From assembly GCF_009914755.1 (NCBI RefSeq), contig NC_060935.1: a stretch of DNA of 64,000 nt. One strand, written 5' to 3'. The notes beneath the pieces were generated by a model that searched no databases, was not told the DNA's origin, and worked only from the letters and a program-made list of their open reading frames with translations. The DNA is from the human T2T-CHM13v2.0 reference genome, Homo sapiens. A program made the translations under genes and the position numbers. The first letter of the stretch is position 1. Every line of letters begins with the position of its first letter. Of this stretch, positions 28,844-42,359 are shown in pieces.

Positions 28844-31800
28844 GGTAAACCACCTGATGGATTTGGTTTCCTGCTGGGACCCTGTCTATTACATCTCCTT
28901 ATAAAATGTAAGGCGAGAACACAGCTTTTGCTGTAGGATTTTTATGTGAAGGTTGGGACGATACTAAAATGATCGGCCTAGCTATCCTGATGGCTCAAGG
29001 GAAAACCACACAGGGGAAAGACAAGTTTTTCTTTTTAAAAAATACAGTGAGCACTGCTCTCTCCTGTCCTTGGAGTTAAGGGGTCTCAGGGCAGAGAATG
29101 CACCCCACTGCTCCTGTTCCTGCCCCATGCTTGTATAGACAGCACACGTGAGTGCTCCGACTTCATCAGGGCATGCCAGTGAACAGGAAAATCAATATGT
29201 AAAAAAAACAAACCAAAATGCTGGATGAAAAAGATGAACATTGCTAGGTTTAGGAAATAAAAATGTTCTAAACAGATAAACAGTAAGCAAAGTGCTTTGA
29301 TTTGTACTGTTTTCCAGCCCATAAAACCCTAATATCCGGCGACGTTTCATTAAAAGCTTCCATGCCACTCGGCATGCCTGCTGTGGCTTGAATAGATGGC
29401 TGCAAAAATGTTATCCGAGCTGCAGACCCAATCTTTTGCAATGTTTTACATGGGTGCTAAATGGGGGAGAAGTCTGATCAATCACAAACAGAACACCAGT
29501 TTAGGGGAGAAGTAAATGTTGGCGTTAAATGAACAATATCTATCATTCTGCAATGTGGTTCTTCCAGTCAATCAAAAAAAAATAAATAAAAAAGGTAGGC
29601 AAAGAGCATTTATTGGAGTGAAGAAAAAAAAAGAGTAATGAACACATGCAACCAGATCTTTCAGCTTTCAGAAACAGAGAGGGCTTGTGTATTGAATAAT
29701 ACATAGTGAAATAAATGTTCAAATTATGTTGGAAAATGGTTCATTTGGACTCCTAGCCCTTCCAATCTCTAACCCGAATAATACTCCAGTTTATGAAATC
29801 CCTTCCTAATATATCAAAGGCTCTTCACCTATTGTTGCATTCATTCCCTCAGTGGCCCCTACTGGAAGCTTGCTGAATGACCAGTCAGACCGGAATTCAC
29901 TGTGCAGGACTCTTTTCTTTAATGACCTCCATTCCTGTGGCTGCAAAGAGGAGGAAAAAGCCCTGGTCGGGAAATCAGCACCCTGAAGTGGATTCTGAGC
30001 TTTGAAGCTGAGAGGCCTTGAACAAATGATTAAATCACTCTCTGAAGCTCAGTTTCTTTATCTGTAAATTGGGACCAACACCTCTCGCCTGCCCCCACCC
30101 CAGATTCTGGTAAAGTCATTCATTCACATTTGATGAATATTTACTAAGTACATTTTATGTGTCAGGAGGGTGCTGAGTGAGAAGGAAGAGGCAGTCCCTG
30201 CCTTCTGGAAGCTCAAATGTAGAGGAGAATGGTCAGTGAAAATATGATGTCATAAGCCCCAGGAGAGCGTCAGAGACAGTTCCTGAAGACACTGGGAAGG
30301 ACCTGCGGACCAGGAAGAATTGTGGGAGGAAGGGGTCTCTAAATGGATTCTGAAGAATAAGTCAGTGGGTAGGAGTACAAAGGAGGATATTATCACCACA
30401 GGGAAGAGGACAGAGAATGTGACCCTTCAGAGGAGGTACTGGAAGCATTTTTGCACGGCCGAGTCACAAGATTCAAGGTAGGGCGAGATTCAGGGCAAGA
30501 GCCCTGAAAACAAAGGAGAGCTAAGTACCCAGATATCAAGGGCCTCCAGGTTCTGTTAAAGAGTTTGGACTTCTACCTGAGGACAGTGGGGAGCCCACTG
30601 AAGGGTACCTGTTGGGATGATGGCCTGCCTCCATATGTTTTAGGCCACCCCCACCAGCCCACCCCAATAACTTCCAGGTGGAGGAGTTACAGAGGGCAGA
30701 CTGGAGGCTTGGGATCCAGTGAAAGATGTCAGTGGCTTGAAGGAGAGAAGAGGCGGAGGTAAGAGGTGGCATTACAGGAGGACTCCATCCATTGCGGAGA
30801 AAAGGGAGAGGAAGGCATCACCAAGGAAACTAGGTTCTGGCTTAGCTGAAAGGGCAGATGCTGATTCTATTCACTGAGAGGGCGCATGCCTGAAGGTGGT
30901 GCCTGGTGCAAGGCAAGGTACACAGTAGGTGCTTAGTAAGTGTTTGTTGACTCAAAGCAGAATCTTTATTCTCCCAGCTTCATTCTCCTCCTACCCCTGT
31001 TAACATCGCACCCCCCCCAACCCCGCCTCGGCTCCACCCCCACCTCATCCTGCACATCACTGCCTGGTAAATCTTCTTAAAACACCAATTTGTCTGTCAG
31101 ATTTAAATGGTTCATTTAAATGGCTCAGGATTTCCCCAGACACCACTCAAAGCCCCTCTGCTCAGCACCCCCCACACCCAGCCAGCCTTGCTTCTGCTCT
31201 GCTTCAGTCAGGCCTTCGGGACATCGGCCACGTGACCTGCTCCCCTCAGGGCCTCTGCTGGGGCAGTGCTTCCCTCCAGGAGCACCCCCCTTCCTTTCAT
31301 TCTGCCACCGCAAATTTGAATCAGAGAATCACAGTGGAGACCAGGGAAAAAAAGAAAAAAAAGTCAATTCCCTCTGGATTCCTGTTGCTTCTGCTAATTC
31401 AAGGCAGGCTTAATTCTTTGACATCCAGGCAACTCATCGGGTCTGTGGCTGAGGAAGCTGCAAGAGAGGAGAAATAGGAGGTAAATTTATCTAGATTAGA
31501 GATAAATTGACAAACGAGCTATGTCTTAATATATCCTTCTAGCATATCCCAGACTCTTGGAGTCCTTTTGATTTTGAAACATGTTTTTAAAGCATGAGTG
31601 GATTATGATTGTCAGAAAAAAAGCAGTTTCTTCCAGGCCTTAAGCTATAAAAACTGCTATTCCTGTTCTCTCTGCAAATGAGCCCACTTTAGTATGCCCT
31701 GCTGGGAAATGAAGGCAATTGCTTTATTCCTGGGAATTACCAAAGATTTACTTGAAAGTGCTACCTCACACGCAGTGGGTAATAAGTCTAAATGAAAAGG

Positions 31801-32330
31801 AAAACAATTAGCCCAAATATGCCAACCTCAACAGTGTTGGTTGGTTGGTTGATTTTGAAAGCTCAATTTTATTTCTAGAATCAAAAATTGCAAAAACAAA
31901 CAACAAACTACAAAACCCCCAGTGGTTAAAGTCCTTGAATGAGAAGTCCCTAGGAAGAACACAGATGGGGTTCCTTTCAGGGCCACCTACCTTTGTGCTT
32001 GAGCCCACCCAGGACCCTGGGAAAGGTGCCCATTTGGACAAATTGGGCCCCCAAATTGCAATCCATCAGGCCAAGAAAGCTACAGAGCCACCAAAAATAA
32101 CAAATAGATCCATGTTCTCTTGTCTGTCCTGCATACTTCCCATTGCAAATGACAGGCCTCCAGCCTCAAGCCGGCTTCACCGTCCATCCAACCACCAGGG
32201 CAGTGTTTCTCAAGGTATGATCTAAGAACCACGTGCACCTGCATTAGTATCAACTGAACTCCTTATTAAACACACAGATGCATGACACCCATTCCACACT
32301 TTCCAAGTCCAAATCTCTGGAGGTAGTTCT

Positions 32331-32365
<35 letters not shown>

Positions 32366-32648
32366 AGATGGAGTTTTGCTCTTGTTGCCCAGGCTGGAGT
32401 GCAATGGTGCGATCTCGGCTCACCGCAACCTCTGCCTCCGGGTTTAAGCAATTCTCCTGCCTCAGCCTCCCAAGTAGCTGGGATTACAGGCATGTGCCAC
32501 CACACCCAGCTAATTTTGTATTTTTAGTAGAGACGGGGTTTCTCCATGTTGGTCAGGCTGGTCTCGAGCTCCCGACCTCAGGTTATCCGCCCACCTCTGC
32601 CCCCCAAAGTGCTGGGATTACAGGCGTGAGCCAACATGCCCCACCCAG
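32331..32648 (-). mobile_element. Alu (AluSp/Sq-like) with 14-bp TSD
   Basis: Long T tract; TSD CTGGAGGTAGTTCT at 32317 and 32649. Confidence 0.95.
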
Positions 32649-33296
32649 CTGGAGGTAGTTCTATTCTTCAACATCATCAGGGTAGCCACACTAACAACAC
32701 CTCTTTTTCCTCTTAGTCCATGGGCATTTTCCTTCAATTGTTCTCAACATATCCAGCTTAAGGTCCGTGGTCCATTGTTTCAATAACAAATCTTGCTAAT
32801 ATTGTAAACTTCCTTGCAATTCTACTGTGTTCCTCCAGTAAACACACTCCCCATCCCCCTCAATAACTTTGTCAAATCTCTTCAAACTCCAATTTTCTAA
32901 TTGCCGATCCCCCACCCTTCTTGCATTTGACCTCACTTCTAATTGTCGGAGATTTAGAGATGTCTCTAAGATGTCTCTCCTCTTTCAGACACCAACACAT
33001 GTACCCCTGTCTCCATGGGCCCCTTCCTTCACCTTGACTCAGGATCCCACCCCAACTCCTTCTCGGAACCTTACACTATCAACATGCCTCCTGCTTTTCG
33101 GGTGTTCATCCACCTCCTTTCAATCAATCCTTCCCCTTGGCTCTTTTTGGCTTCGTAGAGTATCATTAGTGACAATTAGTGTGAGTATTCTCTCCAATAT
33201 CCCAGGAGGAGAATCATTACATCAATGAACACATACTATATACCTGGCTACCACAAGTGAATGTTAACCTGATTGTTACCTTTAAATCCTTTTTTT

Positions 33297-33306
33297 AATA
33301 ATAATG

Positions 33307-33338
<32 letters not shown>
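33297..33338 (+). repeat. (AAT)n microsatellite
   Basis: Direct inspection. Confidence 0.9.
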
Positions 33339-33339
<1 letters not shown>

Positions 33340-33500
33340 TGTTTCAATATAGTTTTAAAAACTTATAAAAAATTTTAAACTTTTTCTTATAAATTATAAA
33401 AATTTTCAAATACATTCAAAAACAGAGAAACTAGTATAATGAACTCCTACTTACCCATCAGCAAGCCTCAACAATTGTCACCATTTTATCAATGTATATA

Positions 33501-33805
33501 TTTTATTTATTTTATTTTATTCTGGAGACAGAGTTTTTGCTGTGTTGCACAGGCGGGAGTGCAGTGGCACAATCTTGGCTCACTGCAAACTCTGCCTCCC
33601 AGGCTCTAAGATTCTCCTGCCTCAGCCTCCCAAGAAGCTGGGATTACAGGCATGCACCACCATACCCAGCTAATTTTTGTATTTTTAGTAGAGATGGGAT
33701 TTCCCACATTGGCCAGGCTGGTCTTGAACTCCTGACCTCAGGTGATGCACCCGCCTCCACCTCCCAAAGTGCTGGGATTACAGGCATAAGCCACTGCACC
33801 TGGCC
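33501..33805 (-). mobile_element. Alu (AluS-like) within old L1 sequence
   Basis: Antisense dimer ending gcacctggcc. Confidence 0.92.
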
Positions 33806-35366
33806 ATATTTTAAAGAAAATTCCGTGTATTGGGCCATCACATTATGCGTCTCTAATTGATAAGGGCCAATTTTATAAAACATAACCTCCAGGCCGTTAT
33901 CACAGCTAAATAACTGTGATTCCTTAATATCACCTAATTCTCAGTCCATATTTTATTTTCCCAATTGTCTCCAGGATGTCTTTTTATAGTTGGGTTGTTC
34001 AAATCAAGATCCAGACAAGGTTCTCATACTGTATCTCATTGTTTTGTCTCTTAAGTTGTTTTTGTCCTCTAATAGTCTCCCTGCCTTTATATTTTTTAAA
34101 TGCCATTGATTTCTTGGGCCATTTGTTACATAGAGTGTCCCACACTCTTGACTTAGCTGATCACATTGTTAAAGTGCTGATAACTTGTGTCTCTATCTCC
34201 CATATTCCCCTATATTTGTCTTTTTTTTTTTTTTTAAATCAAGAGTACTTCATAGGCAGTACTTTTAAACATACTTACATGATGGAGACCACTTTCAGAA
34301 AATCTGTCCCTCATCCTCACATCCTCTTCCAGCTACCAACTTTCCTCCTCCCCATCCATAGCTGAAGGAGTCTCCAGAAAGCCACCACGTTTGCTTTCTT
34401 AATTTCTTCAGCTTTCACCCTCTCTTCAACCCAGTCAGATCTGGCTTCTGCTCCTGTCACACCCAGAAACAGTAATGACCTCCATTCTTTCAAATCAAAC
34501 AGATATTTATTTGATCAATTCCCATCTTATTCCAGTTATAGAATTCAATAGCTTAAGGCGGGAATTTATCTGTATCTCTCATAGTTCCATGGATTGACTG
34601 GAATCAGCTGAGCAGTTCTCACTTGGGGCCTCTTAAGGAGCTGGCGTCATCTGAAGGCTTCACATCCTAGATGGCTTCTTTCTTCACATGGCTGCTATCC
34701 AGGTTGGATCTCAGGAACAACTGGGGACTGGGATCTCTCCCTCTCTCTCCTTCCCCTTCCATAGAGTACCTTCACGTGGTAGTTTGGGCTTCCTCACAGC
34801 ATGGGGGTTTATGGGTAAAGAGACCTCTTACATGGGGGCTGGCGTCTCACTGAGAAAGTATTTCAAGAGACCAAGATGGATGTTGCAAGGATTTCTGTGA
34901 CCTTGATAGTCGCGTAGCATCCCCTCTGCTTCAGTCTAGTGATTGAACGGGCCCCACCCCCATTCATTCAGTGTTGGGGGCACTACACGAAGATATGAAT
35001 TTCAGGAAGCATACTTCCCTGGGGCCATCTTTGGAGACTATCACACTTCTCCTTTGACTCTTCAACAATTATCAGCACCTCAGTAAATTATCTGATTTTT
35101 GAAATACTCTGACCGCTTGCTCCCATAACAAGCCACTTTTCTGTTCCCTTTCTACCTCTCTGACAAAAACCTCTCAGTGGTCTTTGCAGGCCCCATCTAC
35201 CTCTGCCCAGTCCTCCAGGCCTGGTCCTAGGTTTCTTCTCTTCCAAGCCTCTTCTCTCCCAAGCCTCTTCTCTCCCAAAGCCCTTTCACATGGAGGTCCA
35301 TGATTTCAATTAATTCCTAAAATGGGCATGACTAAAGTATTATTCACTCCAACCCAAATCTGTCCT

Positions 35367-35422
35367 CTGAGTATCATATCCCACCTTCTAGAAACTGAGT
35401 ATCATATCCCACCTTCTAGAAA
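35367..35422 (+). repeat. Perfect 28-bp tandem duplication
   Basis: CTGAGTATCATATCCCACCTTCTAGAAA x2. Confidence 0.95.
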
Positions 35423-36160
35423 CCTCTTCTTGAATATTACAAAGGTATATTAACATGTTCAACTAAACTCAGAATCAACCCCTGCCCCAAAATAAGCCCC
35501 TTCCACATTTCTTCATTTCACCTAATGGCACCTTCACTGCCTCCAGTTACACAGAAACTTGAGGGTCATCTCTCTCTCTCTCTCTCTCTCTGATTGAATC
35601 TATTCATTCTATCACCAAAATATTACTTCTAAAATGTTTCTGCCACTCTTCCCCACCTCCACTGCCATCACCCTCTATCCAGGCCACCCTCTGGGGCTAT
35701 CCCTAGAAGAAAATGGGACCCATAGCAACTCAAGTCAGTGCAGAGTTTATCCAAAGTACTGACCCTTAAAAGGGAGCCACTCTGTACTGGCACTGGCATC
35801 TTTTATTGGCTCCAGAAGATACTGTTAAAAACTGACACTCAAAATTGAATTTTAATGATGGTTCATTAAAAAGATATTCATTTTGCAGCCTCTCACCTCA
35901 AGTGTGGGGCCCAAGGCAGATACTCCATATTCTCTTCCTGAAGGAAAGGTCTGCTAACAGGTCTCCCTTCATCCACTCTTGCCCCCTAGAACCTGCTCTC
36001 CACACAGCGGCATGAGTGCAAATGTGAATTATGTCCTCTGTTTAAAACTCTCTCATGACTTTTCATTGGTTTTGGGGTAAAAGCAAAACAACAACAACAA
36101 CAACAAAAAAAAAAAAAAAAAAAAAAACCCTTAGCATAGCTTACAATATACATAGGAAAC

Positions 36161-36524
36161 TGTATTAGTCCGTTTTCATACTGCTGATAAAGACATACCC
36201 AAGACTGGGTAACTTATAAGGAAAAAGAGGTTTAATGGGCTTACAGTTCCACATGGCTGGGGAGGCCTCACAATCATGGTGGAAGGCGAAAGGCACATCT
36301 CACATGGCAGCAGGCAAGAGAGAGAATGAGAGCCAAGCAAAAGGGGTTTCCCCTTATAAAACTATCAGATCTCGTGAGACTCACTCACTACCACAAGAAC
36401 AGTATGGGAGAAACGGTTCCCGTGATTCAATTATCTCCCACCCGGTCCCTCCCACAACATGTGGGAATTATGGGAGCTACAATTCAAGATGAGATTTGGG
36501 TGAGGACACAGCCAAACCATATCA
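36161..36524 (-). mobile_element. THE1 solo LTR
   Basis: tgtattagtccgttttcatactgctgataaagacataccc...gccaaaccatatca. Confidence 0.93.
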
Positions 36525-36938
36525 GGAACACAGTCTATCCTCTTACAGCATTTTGACGCAAGTAACAGGAACTCAAACTCAATCTTGCTTGAACAATAAG
36601 GAATTCTAATATCTCATAGAACAGAAGTCCTGAGGTAGGGTGGCCTTTAGGGCAGATTGATTCAGCAACCCAACCTTTATCAGGGAGAAAGATTCTTTCC
36701 ACATCGCTATTCTGCCATCCTCAGTGCTGGCTTCTTCCTGAGAGGGGAAGATAGCTGCAGCAGGCCCAGGCTTCACATCCAGATTTCACAACACTCAGGG
36801 GAACACATGGGGCCATCTTTTCTTGTGGCTTGTTCTTGAGAGTGAGGAAGCTGTTTTTGGAAGTCCCCTGTGAAACTTTCCTTAATTGCTCTTTTGCCAG
36901 AATTGGGGCCCACCCTTATAACTAAACCAATTACTGCG

Positions 36939-37294
36939 TGATATGGTTTGGCTGTGTCCCCACCCAAATCTTATCTTGAATTATAGCTCTCACAATTCCC
37001 ACACGTCGTGGCAAGGACCTGGTGTGAGGTAATTGAATCATGAGGGTGGGTCTTTCCCATGCTGTTCTCATGATAGTGAATAAATCTCATGAGATCCGAT
37101 GGTTTTATAAAAGTGAGTTCCCCTGCACAAGCTCTTCTCTTGCCTGCCACCATGTAAGATGTCCCTTCCTCTTCCACCATGATTGTGAGGCCTCCTCAGC
37201 CACGTGAAACTGTGAGTCCATTAAACCTCTTTTTCTTTATAAATTACCCAGACCCAGGTATGTCTTTATCAGCAGGTGAAAATGGACTAATAAA
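36939..37294 (+). mobile_element. THE1 solo LTR
   Basis: tgatatggtttggctgtgtccccacccaaatc...aatggactaataaa; TSD-like ctgcg/ctggg. Confidence 0.93.
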
Positions 37295-37619
37295 CTGGGA
37301 GAGGGATTACTACCTGGAACTGAGAGTGAAGTTAGCATCCCCTGATGCAGAAAGCTGTGTTAGTGGATGTATGGATTCCTGAACAAAAGAGGGATTCTGT
37401 TGGAAGGAAGAAGGGTGTAGGCACTGCTAGGGAGGCATGTCTAGTGACCCCCACCTTATACCTCTCCAGGTGATCTCACTCCTGCTTCTCTGGACTCTCT
37501 CCACTGCAGCTGCAGCAGTCTTCACATCCTTGTCTGCACCTGCTTTCTTCTATCACAGTCCTTGCACACACTCGCCCTGCCCGAGGAATGCTTTCTCCTA
37601 GGGAAATCCGATTCATCCA

Positions 37620-38625
37620 TCTGTCTGGGAGGAAATTTAATCTCTCTTTAACCCTCATAAATTCGTACTTGGGACAGACTCCTGTTAGCAACAGATTAAC
37701 AAGGGAAAAACAAGCAAGTTTATTAACATGTGCAGTGCACATCACATGGGAGAAACTTCAATAAAAGGTGTCAACCTAACGTAACCACAAGGCTCAGGAT
37801 CCAGTTCAAATGAATTGATTTAAGTAAAAAGTGTGAGGGTGGCCATCCCAGGACACATGGACAGCAAAGAATAGTGACTGCTGTTCTCGGTGTAGGGAAA
37901 AGTGAAGATCATTTATACCGACAAAACTGGAGGCGCTGAACAGAATTACAACATTTTCCATCCAAAGGCTAACACAGAGATATAAGATTGACTGGCTACT
38001 CTTAATTACATTTTAAGGAGTTTGCTTAATATTCTGTTGAGAAGAGGTAACAGTCACAAGGGTCTCTGTCATTTAGTCTAGGTTTGAATGAAGAACAGAA
38101 AACCTAGCAAAATATAACTCTCAACACAAAAGTCAGGAAGAAACAGCCATGCATCAGAGAAGAAAAACAAGCATGTTATATGACTCCGTTTTCAAGGCTT
38201 AACTTTTCCCTTTGGCATAATCAATTTTGAAGGTCCTGAAATTTTCTGTTCGCAAAGGTAACTCCAAGCAGTGGCTTCGAACTCTGGCTTATATGGTATC
38301 TTCAACAAAGAACAATAAATTTTAGAGAAGTGACAAGACAAAGGAAAGCAGTTGTAGGTTTCCAGAGGTGGGAAACTGTGGGAAGGCAAATATATGGGAG
38401 TAAAGTCATTGAGTAAGGTTTGTTTGCAGATTACTCCTGTGCCATATCTGAGTGAACAACAGCTGTTCCCAGTAAAGAAGAATTTATATCCTGTCTTTGG
38501 AAGAAAAAGCAGGGGAGGATAGAAAGAGCTTTCCCTCTGTTTGCTGCTTCTTAATTGCCTTTTGCTCAAAAATATTTATGTCAAAGAAGCATCTTTTGGG
38601 ATGACATATTCTACTTTCTTTCACT
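37620..38625 (-). mobile_element. ERV1 (MER4-group-like) LTR sequence, probably two nested LTRs
   Basis: Resembles MER-type LTRs, ending ggggatgacatattctactttctttca; inner unit roughly 37770-38253. Family not resolved. Confidence 0.5.
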
Positions 38626-38679
38626 TCCAATCTCAGCTAAATGCCTTCCCCTGGGGAAATCCAACTCATCCTTTTGTCT

Positions 38680-39070
38680 GGGAGGAAAAGCTGCTGGAAT
38701 AAAAGCAGGCAGAAGAACATGGAAGGACTAGACTTGCTGAGTCTCCTGGCCTTCATCTTTTTCCTGTGCTGGATGCTTTCTGCCCTTGAACACCAAACTC
38801 CAAGTTCTGTAGCATTTGGACTCTTGGACCTACACCAGTGGTTTGCCAGGGGCTCTCAGGCCTTCAGTCACTGACTGAAGGCTACACTGTAGGCTTCCCT
38901 ACTTTTGAGGTTTGGGGACTCAGACTGGCTTCCTTGCTCCTCAGCTTGAAGATGGCCTATTGTGGGACTTCACCTTGTGATCGTGTGAGTCAATACTCCT
39001 TAATAAACTCCCTTTCATGTATACATCTATCTTATTAGTTCTGTCCCTCCAGAGAACCGTGACTAATACA
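38680..39070 (+). mobile_element. MLT2A (ERVL) LTR, 3' part
   Basis: ggactagacttgctgagtctcctggcc...ttaataaactccc...gactaataca. Confidence 0.88.
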
Positions 39071-41563
39071 TCATTCTCCACCCCTCCCTGTGTTCACATT
39101 GTTTGCCCCATAAGTCCACTCTGTCACTGGCACATGGCTTGCTTTGGCCAACAGGATGTGAGCAGATGTGACACAGCAGATCTTTACAAAAGCACTTGCA
39201 CTTTTCTGCTTAGGCCTTGCTGGCTGAGTGGCCATAAGCACATGCCTGGGCTAGCCTCCTGGAGTATAACTCCCCTGGGACAGCCAAATTGTCCTAGTTA
39301 TCCCAGCTGTGGCCATCCTAGCAAAGCCAATAGCCAACCAGTCCCAAGCTTGTAAGTGAGCACAGTCAAAACAAGGAAGACTGCCCAGCCAACAGCAGCT
39401 GACTGCAGAGGCATGAGCGAGCCCAGCCCAGCAGAGATAAGCTAAGCTGAGCCCAGGTCAGCTAAGACCCTGCACACTTGTAAACAACACAGTTTATTCT
39501 TGCACGCCAATGAAATTATTGAGGTTGCTCATTACAAAGGATTAGTATGTCAATGGATATCTGGTAATAAATGCGATTTAAACATCCAGCAATTGAGGAA
39601 TGGTGCAATACCTTGCAGCAATTAAGAAAGCTGGTATAAAGACTATACTTTCAGGGATCATTTCTATAGTTCATTACTAAAGAAGTCTATCTGAACATGT
39701 AGAACACATGACACCATAAGGAGGAGGCACAACATTCTCCCTAGAGCCTGAAGCTGGCTCTTGGTGTTTCATGACTACAGCAGCCATTTGCCACTGATGA
39801 CTGTTCTCTTCCAGGAGAATAAGAAGGAGAAGATGCAGTTTGGGTTGTTTAAAAAAAAGAATTCTGATGCAGATGTATATTGACTTGAAATGTTCACAAC
39901 AGACTGATAAATTGTAGGCGGAATGGGAATGGGAAGCAGGTTGCAAAACAATGTATGTAATATGATACCATTTTCATAAAACATATATTTACACATTTGC
40001 ATATGAATGAGTCAGGTCTGATACACAAGATGCTGAAAGTGGTTATTTCCAAATGGTAGGATTTGGGGTGATTTTCATTTGTTGTTTATCTGTGTTTTAG
40101 AGTTATTCTATAGGAACATGTGTCATTTGTACAATTTTCAAAGGGGAGAAAAAAATCTTTTCCATAGAGTACAGCATTAAAAAATTTTGAAATCCTTTAG
40201 CTTATCCATAACAACCCTGAGTGTGTTTCAAGTACTTTTTGTGGAAAAAGTCATTGTCCGCTCTTGCAGCATCCTGTCCAGGAGACTTGGTAACACTGGC
40301 TTGTCCAGGATTCACTAAGGGATTGCAGGTAGCAGAACCTGCCTGTCTGATCCCACTGGTAACCCTGAGCTCTGTGGTTGGCAGTGGCTTCATCTTTCCA
40401 GCCCACACAGAGACAGCGAAGCCTAAAAGCTCCTCTACCTTGGAGGAGGCAAGGGTTGGGGTCACTGCGGTTCCCTACTATCCTAACAGCAGAGTAGAGC
40501 CTTCCCAGTAACTTCTTGCCCACAGAGGTTAGTTATGACCTTTAGGAAAACAAAAGAGACCTTTTAAAATTTCCTACTAACAGGAAGCCAAATTTCATAC
40601 ATTCAGAGTAAGAAATTCAATGCCCCAAGGCAGGACAAGGATAGCTACCACCTTAATCCTTCTAAAGGATAAAAGGACTTCCTGCCGGCCTGCCTGCCTG
40701 CATTTCCTCCTTCCTTGCTCTATTTTTCTCTTTCTTTTTCTCTCTCTCTCATTCTTCCTCTTTTCTTCCTTTCTTATCCCATTTGCAGTTAGGCTTTTAC
40801 CTAAAACAAATCCTAGTTTAAAGCAAGTAGATCCGTCCCTTTACTGTCCTTACCAGTTCTCAATTTGCAATAAATCCCAAATACTTTTTTTTTTTTTCTG
40901 CCATTACTGGTGCTGTTGCTAAAACCCTCCTCAGAGAGCTGGTGAAAATTACCCATCAGGCTGATGGGGTCTCATGGAATCATATAATCCGATCCCAGCT
41001 TGTCCCTAAAACACTCACTTCTTTCCATCATTCCTACTTCCTTATCCTTTTGCCGAATTCGAATAGATCTTAATCTTTTCAGCATTTTTATGCCCCAGCA
41101 CTCCTGTCCTACCGTCCTCACATTCTGTGGAGACATTGACTCAGAACATGCCCAACTGCCCTTGCATCTCCCTCTAAATGGCTCCCTGCTGTTTGTTTCC
41201 AGTGTATCACCCTCCTCACCTCCCATCTCCCGCCAAGCTCTCGACCCCAACACAACTGGTTTTCCCTAGGACAGTGATTATTTTGGTTCAGATCCAGAGG
41301 ATCATGAGGAGTCCATGAGGCCCTGAAGGTGATCCACAAATCTTCAGAAAGCAAAGCAGAATCTTTATGTCAATTTTTAGGTGTGAGTCCCTAGCTTTCT
41401 TTTAATTTCCAAAGGGCTGTATAGATCTAGACAGTGCTTTATCAGTTACCCTCTCTTTCTTGAATTTTTAGGCTCCCTCCCTTTCAACTGGTATCCCCTT
41501 CTCCATCTACACATAACCTGGGTGTACCAGGGCCATGGACAACTACGAAATATAATTACCAGG

Positions 41564-42288
<725 letters not shown>

Positions 42289-42359
42289 CCAGAAATAAAA
42301 ATAACTTGCTTTAAGATATCAAAGTTGCTATCTTTGTTACACTGACAATAGATTCCTAA

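Noticed and set aside
32266-33883. Alu-derived ORFs (also near 18327, 20815, 41848, 47586, 53332, 56928)
   Set aside because: Typical Alu pseudo-peptides ([14 protein letters not shown]).
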